From the NCBI GenBank assembly GCA_023334545.1, contig JAADVB010000110.1, forward strand, positions 1 through 56,880: a stretch of DNA of 56,880 nucleotides, read 5' to 3'. Shown here piece by piece: positions 19,694 through 29,687 of this stretch; within the stretch, counting starts at the first letter, position 1, and each line of letters starts with the position of its first letter. A program made the translations under genes and the position numbers. The DNA comes from Salisapilia sapeloensis CBS 127946 (taxonomy: Eukaryota > Protista > Oomycota). The notes beneath the pieces are model-generated. The model worked only from the letters and a program-made list of their open reading frames with translations. It had not been told where the DNA came from and made no database searches.

Positions 19694-21109
19694 ATGAGCT
19701 TTTTATTCCGGAAGTTGCGACCTGGGACAGTGGCTCGAGTCACCGCCCATGCACGTCATGGTATCCAACGATCGACTCGACTTTCAAGCAATAGACTCCA
19801 GACGTCTCCCATTACGTCTCCCACCGTCCGAAGCTTTTCGGATATGGGCCACTCCAAGGACTGTATCGTGCTTTCGGCCGATGCGCCTGAGTCCTTGACC
19901 TCGAAGCTGCAGCTGAGTCCAGCAACAGTGTGGCACTTGCACCAGCACGTCGCAACGGGTGAACAGAACGCCTTTTACGTCGTCGACACGAGCGCCGTGG
20001 AAACTCGACTTAACCTATGGAAGGAGTACTTGCCACAAGTACGCCCATTCTACGCTGTCAAGTGTAACCCAGACACGGAAATTGTTCGAGCACTCAAGGA
20101 GCTCGATTGCGGCTTCGACTGTGCCAGTCTCGGTGAGATTGAAGCTGCGTTGAAGCACGGTGCTCGTCCAGAAGACATTATCTACGCGAATCCGCTCAAG
20201 CAGCCTTCCCACATCGCTCATGCAGCGTCGAAAGGTGTGGATATGATGACTTTTGACTCTGTCGAGGAGCTAGAGAAGATCAAGGCTATTCATCCGAGTT
20301 CGAAATTGGTGCTACGTCTGTATGTCGATGACTCGCATTCTGTCTGTCAGCTCGGCACCAAGTTCGGAGCGATGCTGCACGATGTCCCGGAATTGTTGCG
20401 TAAAGCACAGGAACTGGAGCTGAATGTCATTGGCGCGAGTTTCCACGTCGGCAGTGGATGCTACAGCGCGAAAGCCTTCTCCGATGCCGTTGTCTCCGCC
20501 CGTCAAGCATTCGACATTGGCGCGTCCATGGGCATGGACTGGAAGCTTTTGGACATTGGCGGTGGGTTCCCAGGATCGAATAATGGTGCAATTACGTTTG
20601 AGGACTGTGCGACAGAACTACAGCAGTCGCTGGCTACTCATTTCCCATCGACGACTGGCATTAAGATCATCTCGGAACCTGGACGCTTCTTTGCCGAAAG
20701 CACGCACACGTTGGCAGTAAATGTAATTGGTAAGAAGAAGGAGCCGAACGTGGATGCAAGTCACGATGGTAACGCAAAGTACATGTACTTTGTCAATGAT
20801 GGTCTGTACGGGTCCTTCAATTGCCTCGTGTATGATCATGCAGAAGTGCAACCGGTTGTACTCAGCGATGAAGACGTGACTGAAATGCAGCCGTCTAGCT
20901 TGTGGGGACCAACGTGTGACGGATTGGATTGCATCGCCCAAGACGTTCGTATGCCATTGATGGAAATTGGTCAGTGGATCTGTTTCCCAAACCTTGGCGC
21001 CTACACAAGCGCAGCAGCATCCAACTTTAACGGTTTCGTACCACCGAAGAAGATTTACTTTGACGGGAGTGACCCAGGCGATAAGCAAGAACCAGAGTTC
21101 GTGCATTAA
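19694..21109 (+). CDS. ODC1: Ornithine decarboxylase (PLP fold III) with a putative mitochondrial presequence
   Basis: Motifs FYAVKCN (PLP lysine), FDCAS, FHVGSG, LDIGGGFPG, EPGRFF and WGPTCDGLD. The N-terminal 49 aa are R/S/T-rich and lack D/E. Confidence 0.96.
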   Translation: MSFLFRKLRPGTVARVTAHARHGIQRSTRLSSNRLQTSPITSPTVRSFSDMGHSKDCIVLSADAPESLTSKLQLSPATVWHLHQHVATGEQNAFYVVDTSAVETRLNLWKEYLPQVRPFYAVKCNPDTEIVRALKELDCGFDCASLGEIEAALKHGARPEDIIYANPLKQPSHIAHAASKGVDMMTFDSVEELEKIKAIHPSSKLVLRLYVDDSHSVCQLGTKFGAMLHDVPELLRKAQELELNVIGASFHVGSGCYSAKAFSDAVVSARQAFDIGASMGMDWKLLDIGGGFPGSNNGAITFEDCATELQQSLATHFPSTTGIKIISEPGRFFAESTHTLAVNVIGKKKEPNVDASHDGNAKYMYFVNDGLYGSFNCLVYDHAEVQPVVLSDEDVTEMQPSSLWGPTCDGLDCIAQDVRMPLMEIGQWICFPNLGAYTSAAASNFNGFVPPKKIYFDGSDPGDKQEPEFVH

Positions 21110-21568
21110 TGTTTGGAAAGGAACATGAGATGGAGAAATAATCATCAATACGCAGCATCAATTTTGAGGTCTTATTCGATAGTACTTGGGATAGAAAGGA
21201 TAGTCCTAAGCATAGGAGTATGTCTACTATCATCCTATAAATCCATTTCAACATGCCATACTAAAAGCAATATGTCATCTTTGATTCCTTTGTTATTACT
21301 GTCGTTTCGAGTGTTGCATGGCTTTATCTATGTCGTCTACTTTCACTATCCTGTCGTAGTAGAATATTCTTTGCCAGTAGTAGACAGATCTCTGGAAGTC
21401 TAATACAATTCCCAATGTACACTTGGACTTCCTATTGCTACGACATGAAAGTCGCACAACTTCCCGATTATGTCGTTCCACTTTATACCCTTCAAATTTT
21501 ATATAAAAATTGACATGCTATTTCGAGTCAGTTGAATTGTACTGCCATATCACGAATAACAAGCGGTC

Positions 21569-23290
21569 ATGGTGACCTCAACGGGTAAGCGGAAGAGAAG
21601 GAAGTGTTCGCATATCAATTGTGATAAAATTGATGCTGGAAGAGGTTTCTGCGTGCGTCATGGAGGTGGTCGCAAATGCAACTTCCAGGACTGTACGAAA
21701 GGAGCTCAAGCAGGTGGATTCTGTCGAACCCATGGCGGTGGTGCTCGATGCCGAGCTCCGAATTGCAACAAAGTAGATGCTGGAAGAGGCTTCTGTCGAC
21801 GTCATGGTGGAGGAAAGCGATGTATGTTTGAGAATTGTACGAAATCAGATATCGGAGGTGGCTTCTGCTCTGCCCATGGTGGTGGTCGAAAATGCAGTGA
21901 AGACGGATGTGAAAAGGTTAGTCAAGGCGGTGGCAAGTGCTGGTCACATGGCATTCGTCGGCGTTGCAAGGCACCAAAGTGTCGGCGTCATGTGGAGAAA
22001 GACATGGAATGGTGTCTAGTCCACGCTCTGGAGGTTGATACGGGTGTCAGGACGATCGATTCGCCACCACAGAAGCAACACGTCCAGGGGCCTGTGCACT
22101 CGACAAGTCCTGGGAGTGACCAGTCTACATCCATTGTATCTTCAGATGATGTGAGTGGCTCGAACGCAGAGCAAGCGGGATGCTGCAGCAAGTCCTTAGG
22201 CAGTCGTATTGACAGTGGCTGCGCCACGTCGTTCGGTGGCGAATGTAACTGTCCTCCGAACTGCACTTGCTGCAGCCACAATAAGCAATCCAGTCCAACA
22301 AAAAGTATACACCCAGCTACAAGTTATCAAAGTCCAAAGTTGGAACTCCGTCGACTCGTTATTAGTTTTTCCATGCCAGAAGAGTACCAGACGATCCCAG
22401 AAGACATATTCATCTCCATGGTGCGAGGGATAGAAGGCGTACGTAGTGTCCACAAGGCTGGTAACACATTCGATCCGCTCCCCATGTTTGTCCTGTACAC
22501 CGATCCAACATTGAAAGCGTCTGCGGTTATCAATGCGTTCAAGTGGACGAAAGCAACTTGTGAAATCGAAGAAGCAACGACTGTCGCGTGGACGTATCGT
22601 CAGGTAGTACTGAGTGTCCGAGCCATGATGTGTGCTGGCAACTGTGGCTCGACGGTCGTGAACGCAGCGTCGAATGTTCCGAACGTTGAATCCGCTACAC
22701 TAGACTTTCCATCTCGCCGCATTATCACAAGAGGTCGTATGTTGATATCTGAACTGCAGTCTGCCGTTGGGAGTGCTGGGTTTGAATCCCAAGTCGCTCA
22801 AGAGCGAGCGATTCCTATGACGTACAAGTACATAAGAAATGGCTCTATCTCAGCAGAGCCGGATCGATTCCGACAATGTCTACTGGATATCCATCGAGTG
22901 GAGAGCGTAATGGTCGTGAATAACGAAGTTATCGTGTCAGCGTTCTTGGACGATGATCACGCGATCGTGCAAGAAGCTGCTGTCCAAGGCTTTGAACTTA
23001 TTATCCAAGGCATGAATACGAATGCTGGTGATACGATGGATGGACGAGAGATAGTGGGTAAGGCGGATGAGTCTTCTGTGAACTCACTTTTGGAGTTTGC
23101 AGATGGACATACGTGTGATCGAGAAGTGTGTGAACGAAACCAATGTGCTCAGTATATGGCTCGACTGGCACATGAAGCAGCTTACGCTATCGGATGGAGT
23201 GTGCCTGGATGTGCGATGCAGAACGGCGGACAATGTAATTGTGGAGACGACTGCGCTTGCCCAGGATGTGAGACACACGACAATGATTGA
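21569..23290 (+). CDS. Zinc-finger repeat (WRKY19-like HGGG) + HMA + Cuf1/Mac1-type Cys-rich protein; candidate metal-responsive regulator
   Basis: Six 24-aa C-x4-C-x9-C-x2-H repeats; internal Cys cluster CNCPPNCTCCSH; HMA domain with MMCAGNC plus two degenerate HMA-like units; C-terminal CNCGDDCACPGCETH. Confidence 0.88.
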   Translation: MVTSTGKRKRRKCSHINCDKIDAGRGFCVRHGGGRKCNFQDCTKGAQAGGFCRTHGGGARCRAPNCNKVDAGRGFCRRHGGGKRCMFENCTKSDIGGGFCSAHGGGRKCSEDGCEKVSQGGGKCWSHGIRRRCKAPKCRRHVEKDMEWCLVHALEVDTGVRTIDSPPQKQHVQGPVHSTSPGSDQSTSIVSSDDVSGSNAEQAGCCSKSLGSRIDSGCATSFGGECNCPPNCTCCSHNKQSSPTKSIHPATSYQSPKLELRRLVISFSMPEEYQTIPEDIFISMVRGIEGVRSVHKAGNTFDPLPMFVLYTDPTLKASAVINAFKWTKATCEIEEATTVAWTYRQVVLSVRAMMCAGNCGSTVVNAASNVPNVESATLDFPSRRIITRGRMLISELQSAVGSAGFESQVAQERAIPMTYKYIRNGSISAEPDRFRQCLLDIHRVESVMVVNNEVIVSAFLDDDHAIVQEAAVQGFELIIQGMNTNAGDTMDGREIVGKADESSVNSLLEFADGHTCDREVCERNQCAQYMARLAHEAAYAIGWSVPGCAMQNGGQCNCGDDCACPGCETHDND

Positions 23291-23367
23291 GTGTGTAGTA
23301 GGTCAATGGTACGACATTTTTATATGGGTGGTAATGAGTTGTAAGTGTATGTGTTGCGTCTTTATCT

Positions 23368-25193
23368 CTACGTTCCCATTGCACATTTCATGCAGAGACA
23401 ATTGTCATCAGCTAGCATGCTATCGACGTGAGGAGTCGACTTGAGAATGCCTTGAGGTGTCTTGTTCGGTACTTGATCTAGCTCTTTCTTGTCCTCTTTG
23501 CTAAGTAATATGAGTGAGATCGATATCATACTCTGTAGGATGCAGCTTGATACACTTACATGGGATGATGCTACTGGTTTCGACGCTCGCTCACTAACTT
23601 TCATATCATGCTCTTGCTGTTCCTTCTTTAGCTTATACAACTGAAGCTTCTGCTTGTTATCGAACTGTTCCTTCCTCCTCTACATCCAGAGCGTTATTAT
23701 AAGACGGAGGAAAGAGACACTAAGATATGCACCTTGGTTTCATTCGCTTTCTTACGAGCACTTTCGGCGCGTTCTTGCTTTTCACGCTCTTGATGAGCCT
23801 CCTCTTCCTTTTGTTGATGGTAGTGATCTAACTTAACTTTTATTCGAGTTCGATGCTTTGCATCTTTCGCCTTATCTTGTCGATTTGGGCCGGATTCTAG
23901 TAGCTTTCTTTCCTGCTCTGCCTCTAATAGTTTCAGCCGTTCTTCGAGTCTCTTGTCCTTCCACCGCTGGACTACTTCCCGTTTCGTACGGAGGATGTCC
24001 AAGTAGTCCAAATACCATTGAAAATGCTTTCGTATAGTAGAAGCGTTTTGCGTAATGATCGTCTTGACGCACTTTCGTAGACAGCGAGCAACACGCTGAT
24101 CAACTGCTGCTTCATCTTCAGACTGGTTCGAGCAAGTGTCGAGATTGTCGCTAAGTTTATAGTGCCGAAGAAGAAGATCATCTGGTAGTTTGGAAGTTGA
24201 TAAGATATGAACAAACTGATTATGCTCCTGGGGATCCCATCCACCCGTGTGACCACCATTATCGATAATCTGCTCATCTAATACTCGTACTTGATCTACC
24301 ATTTCCTCTTCTAACGTCTTTATATCCCGCTGCGTACCACTGGATGACTTTATTTCTCGTGCACTTGTAGCTCGTCTATTACGTGGATATCTCTTTCCTG
24401 GCTTTGACAAGACATTCGAGTCATACTCCCCAGCATCAATCTTTGCTTCTATGCTTGCCAAATCACGTTCGAGATACTTTTCCTCACTAATGTAAGTGTT
24501 ATATTTTCGTCGATTGGACGCATGGACATTTGCGATTTGATCCTCCATTGCTTGAATGAGATCCTGGAGCTCAGCTGGATGACATAATCCTTTTTGAAAG
24601 GCTTCTAGTTTTACTCTGATCCTACTATGGTGTGTTTTAAGTCTTTGCAGTTCATGTCGTAGATGAGTGCCTTCCTCCTGACGGGCACGGTAGCTCTCCT
24701 CCGCTAGCTGACGTATATCTGTCCAGTAGGCACTATTAGCTGCAGTGTGCGTAGTTCCACGTTTATTTACACTATATAAAGCGTTGCAATCTTTTTCTAC
24801 GGCTGCAAGACGTTGGTCTAATATAAGCTGCTTTTCGATCCACTCTAATCCATCCTTTATCCTCTTCTTCTCTTGCTGCATAGTCTGACACTCATCAATG
24901 TCCGGTAATACACTTCCTGTAGCCTCCTCTTTCTTCCTTTGCTTTAAAACATTTGCATCCGATGACATAGACTGACGAGTAGGACCTGGTCGTCGAATGC
25001 GCTCTGTGTGCATCCCATTGCGAGAGCGAGCGATTCTGTCTTCAGACGGACGATGTGACCGGTCATCGATAATTGCTTCAACTGTCCGCGTACCTTGCTG
25101 GATCTTCTTTGAAGTAGCATACCGTCTTGTAGAAGATACTGTGTACTTGTTCGGACTAGTACATATAGGCTCCTTTGCTGGGCTACTCGACAT
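23368..25193 (-). CDS. CCDC112-like coiled-coil protein (centriolar satellite/flagellar)
   Basis: Long coiled coil containing GGHTGGWDPQEHNQFVHIL. Intron 23732-23680 (53 nt). A second intron (23559-23501) would move the stop to 23420, so the 3' end is uncertain. Confidence 0.7.
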
Positions 25194-25344
25194 GCTTGTA
25201 ACTCAGGTCGTCCAAGACACCTTGGTTGCGTCGTTTCAAGATATAAACATTTCAACCAATCTGATCTCTAGTATTTGCTTTTAAACCAATGAACAGAAAG
25301 GCACATGAACAAGAAGACTGACAAGCAAATTTATTCTCCAGAAG

Positions 25345-28300
25345 ATGCAGCTTATCGTCGTCTTTAATCAGCAAGAGTAAGCTCTACCACCCTCCTTATA
25401 CAGCTACAACTACGTTCTAACTTTTTTTTCATTATCTTTGAACTTGTATGGATAGGCACTATGTGCAAACGGATGTCGAAGATACTCTATCCGGTGGCAA
25501 ATCCTCTTTATCCGCGGAACTACTGCAAGCTCAGTTGCTTTCCCTGACGGGTATCGCCCCTGAAGATCAACTGCTAGTCTCAGATACTGGAAATGTGCTC
25601 GCATCTCCTCAGACCGAGCCATCCGACCCACTATTTGACTCGTCCGAGTCGTCTATGCGCTTATATCTCCAATCTTCCTCTTCCTTAGAAGCGATTAAAA
25701 GTGATTGGCATGATACATGTACAAGGACCATATTTGGTAACATTCCAGTTGTTCAACCAGCCTTTTGTTTAATGGAACAACGAGATACAGTCATTTGTCG
25801 TGCATGTGCTAGTACTTGTACAACCAGTAAGGCGTCTACACAACACCCTAAATCCAGTTTCCATAGTAACACAATTGTTCTAGGCGCAGGGCAGCTCGAT
25901 TCGCAAGCTTTTGAAGATTGGAATAGCAAATCAAAGAGGTTCATTTCAGAGTTAGAGATCGTCTCTGGAAGTTTGAATGTTCCTCCGCCAAGAGGATTCG
26001 AAAAGCTACCGTATGACCTCAACTTTGGTGCTTCTGGCGACCACGTCTTTCTATGCGTAAAGAGAGGTAGGCCACCTTGTTTTTTATTAATTCAACCGTT
26101 AGTTGACGATCGTATAATGTTCCGAGTAGGTGGAAATCGAGCGGTTACTCGAATCGTCGTGTCCTACGAGACAAAGCAAGAAGCTGTAACTAAGTTGCCA
26201 ACGTCATTCATAGCTCAAGAATGGTTAGCATCAGATTGCAATGTTGGAAATACAGGAGCCGAGTGTGCCGTCCGAATTGGCTACGACTGGGTCCCCAACC
26301 ATGCTTCAGAGCATGCCACCACCATGGCCATGACTGATGTGCGTCTCCACACCGCCCCACTGACTGCCACTAAAGACAGCGTAGCCACAGACGCTACTGG
26401 CTACATTTTGATCCCTCAGAATTTAAATTATGGTGCAATGGATGCGTCTCATGCACTCTATCTTCAGTACTCTCTATCTCCTATCAACGGCTTTGTCTGT
26501 GATGGCAACGACCAAGGGCATAGTCCATTTGGAGACTGTCTCTTTAGCCCTCGCCGTCCATCCAACTTGTCTTCTATCACGGAACTGGATCTAAGTCGCC
26601 TCCATGCCGCTAAGACATTGTCCATGCAGCGGATCCAGTCAGACGAAACATTTCGTCAAAGTAGATTTAAACAGCATGAACCAAAGGTCCTGCGTCAATT
26701 ACAAGGTGGTCTCTCTCGCGTGCAATCGTATGAAGACATCGCACTCCAGCAAGAAGCTTTACGTCGTATTCCAGTCGAAAGATTAAAAGCGAATGCTCGA
26801 GAGAAAGCATCTGATCCATCGATGCATTTTCAAGATGAACTCATGCGACAGTTGCTTCATTGGTTCAAAAAAGACTTTTTCACTTGGACGAATAATCCAA
26901 ACTGTAGTGCTTGTGGACAGACAAATACATCCTGTACGCGTACGGTTGGTCCAAACGCAGAAGAACAGCAAGGTCAAGCGAGTCGCGTAGAAGTGTATGA
27001 ATGTCGAGATTGTCATCATCAAACTCGTTTCCCTCGATACAATAGTCCATTGAAATTGCTTGAGACGAGGACAGGTCGATGCGGTGAATGGGCTAATTGT
27101 TTTACATTATGCTGTCGAGCGATGGGAGTCGAAGCTCGATATGTACTCGACGTAACAGATCATGTCTGGACGGAAGTGTACTCCGAAGAGCAGAAGAAAT
27201 GGTTGCATTGTGATGCTTGTGAAGATAAGCTGGATGCACCATTGACATATGAAGTCGGATGGGGAAAGAAGTTGTCGTATATTTTTTCGTTTAGTAAAGA
27301 TGAAGTCGTGGATAGTGCCAAGAGGTATACGACTGATTGGCATGGTATGCGTCAACGTCGAAAGGATGTGAGTGAAGAATGGTTGGAACGGACGATTGCT
27401 GATATGAATCAAAAGCTACAAGCTAAAGTATCGGAAGAGAGGAGAAAGGTATTGAGAGAGCGATGGCAAGTGGAGAAGAAGGAACTGGATGAGAAGAAGC
27501 AGGTAAAGGCGACGGAAGTTCAAGGACGAGTATCTGGGTCAGCGGAATGGAAGAAACAGAGACAGGAGGATGGCGGGACGGTGGAGAGGAAGAAAGTGGA
27601 GGACAATAGACAGGAAGGAATGTCTATGACGGAGATAACTCAGACGTTGTCGAAGAATATGATTGTCGGATGTGGTGAGGAGGACTGTACGAATCCATAT
27701 TGTGCACACTACAGTCGTAGGAAGGAGGAGATAGATGAGACAGAACGAGCAGCGAAGAGTCTGCAGACGATTGCGACACTCGGTTCGTTGCAACTTTCGC
27801 TAAAAGGGTTTGCATCCTTGGTATGTTCTAGTCGACAGGATATAAAGTCAGTCGTGTCGAGCTATTCTCCTTGTATCTATCTTCCACTACAAGACGGAAA
27901 AATGAAGACGAATGGACAGGAAAACGCCTTGATGGCGGACGTATCTGGTAACAATCTACATGTACACGCACCCGCCGCTTGTGTCTTGCGAAAGCCTTTT
28001 GAAATACCGTCCACGAACGGAAGTGGATGCTCGTATGGTATGCAAGTACTACCAGAGCAAGTGTTTACGGTTGACAAGCTAGTGCCTGATCCAGTCGGAC
28101 ATAGCGGAACACTAATGTCTGCTTTAATTCGCTTCGACTCGTTTGTCCGTCAATTAGACGTGAAGAGTGATCCACAGTGGTCGATCCAAGCGAGCTTTAC
28201 TTGTGAACAAATATCAATATCGTTCTCCTTCAGTTGCGATGGCAAAAGATCTGGCAAGTGGATCATAAGCGATGGCACAGGTGAGCACGAGGGTAAAGAA

Positions 28301-29457
28301 ATGGAAGTAAGACCTGGTGGATATGCCCACTTGGGATTGTACATTGGACAGGATACTCTGGTAGTATATGTAGATGGTACGAACGTATCCTCCATGTCGA
28401 TGAAGTCGGACATGACGTTAAGTCCGAGCACCAAGCTACAAGTGAAAAACACTGGCGTTGGAAGTGGGTTTACATGGTCTCATCTGGCTCTACTCCCATT
28501 AGAGACAATGGACTCTGTAGAAAGGTTTTGTGATGTCATGTCAGAGCAATTCGTCCAGCCACTGCCTCTTTCAGGATATGGCAAGGACGGTACTCGAGAT
28601 GATAAGCAGTGTGACGATCTGTCTGCGTCCATGATATCATCCTTCCGTGTCTATAGGATCAAACGTACGACGCTTTTTATTCTTGTATCGAATGCTACTA
28701 ACAACTTTCTCATGTAGTATGGGGAGAGCGAACGTTGGAAGGTGTCCAATTTACATATCGACGACTGGCATCGGATGAATCAGTAGAGGTGGAAGGGAAG
28801 CTATATGGGAATAAGAGAGCGAAGGAAGCGTCTGCTTCACCTACCAAGGAGTTAGTGTTGTATGATGAAGAGTATGTGACGACAGTGCGTGGTCGTAGTG
28901 GAGCATGGATGGATGCGCTAAAGGTGGAGACGAATTTTCGACGGATTGTCGAGACTGGTGGATCTGGTGGAAGTGCGTTTGATCTGCCGCTTCCACAAGG
29001 ATGTCAAGTCCGTAGTTTAAGGTTTAATGACGGTGATCATCTGACGGATCCAATTGCCTTTGTATGTGACAGTAGCAGCGGTGTTATGAAGAAGAGCAAA
29101 CTGTCTAAGTCACTCAAGACGATACTAAGTACGTCGGAAAAAGAAGATTGCCGGAGTGCTGTGTCGTCGGTTTTGAGATACATGAGGAATGTGGAGAAAT
29201 TTCCTACTGATCAAAAGTTCCAACGCATCCGTGCGAGCAATCAATTCTTTGCATCGACAGTTGGAAATCTAACGCCGGACGTTCAAAGTAAATTGATGAA
29301 ATGGTGTGGTTTTCAACCGAAGGAAGAAGGAAACGAGACGTTTTACGTTCTTGATTGGGAGGTACTGCTGCAAAGTAAGCAACGCTCAGTTGAAAACGAG
29401 AAGATGGCTACGATGCGACGCATCGTCATACTAGAGCAAATTGCTATGGATGAATAA
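25345..29457 (+). CDS. PNG1: Peptide:N-glycanase with UBL, MABP, AZUL-like, LamG-like, jacalin and PUB domains (4 exons)
   Basis: Catalytic core GRCGEW / DHVWTE / HCDACE with CSAC and CRDC zinc sites. Introns 25377-25455, 26067-26129 and 28665-28717 join three ORF-track pieces plus an unlisted first exon (MQLIVVFNQQ). Confidence 0.95.
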
Positions 29458-29687
29458 ACGCGCGGTTCAGCATGCTCTGTTGGTTGACAGTTAATTATTA
29501 TCTTATTTAGTATTTTATTGCTTCGGAGCGGCAGACAGGCAGCCTACTTCAACTAAACTTCAACTTGGATGATGTAACGACCTTTTAAGGTCTGATATCG
29601 TCCTCGAGGGGTTGGATCAGGTCATGAAGATGTCACCTTATCAAGTACTGCTCCATTTCGGAGTCTTCATCGGAGCAAGGCCTGAAA

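Noticed and set aside
15647-21109. Functional link between adjacent E(z) and ODC through SAM/polyamine metabolism
   Set aside because: Adjacency alone is not evidence in a compact eukaryotic genome.
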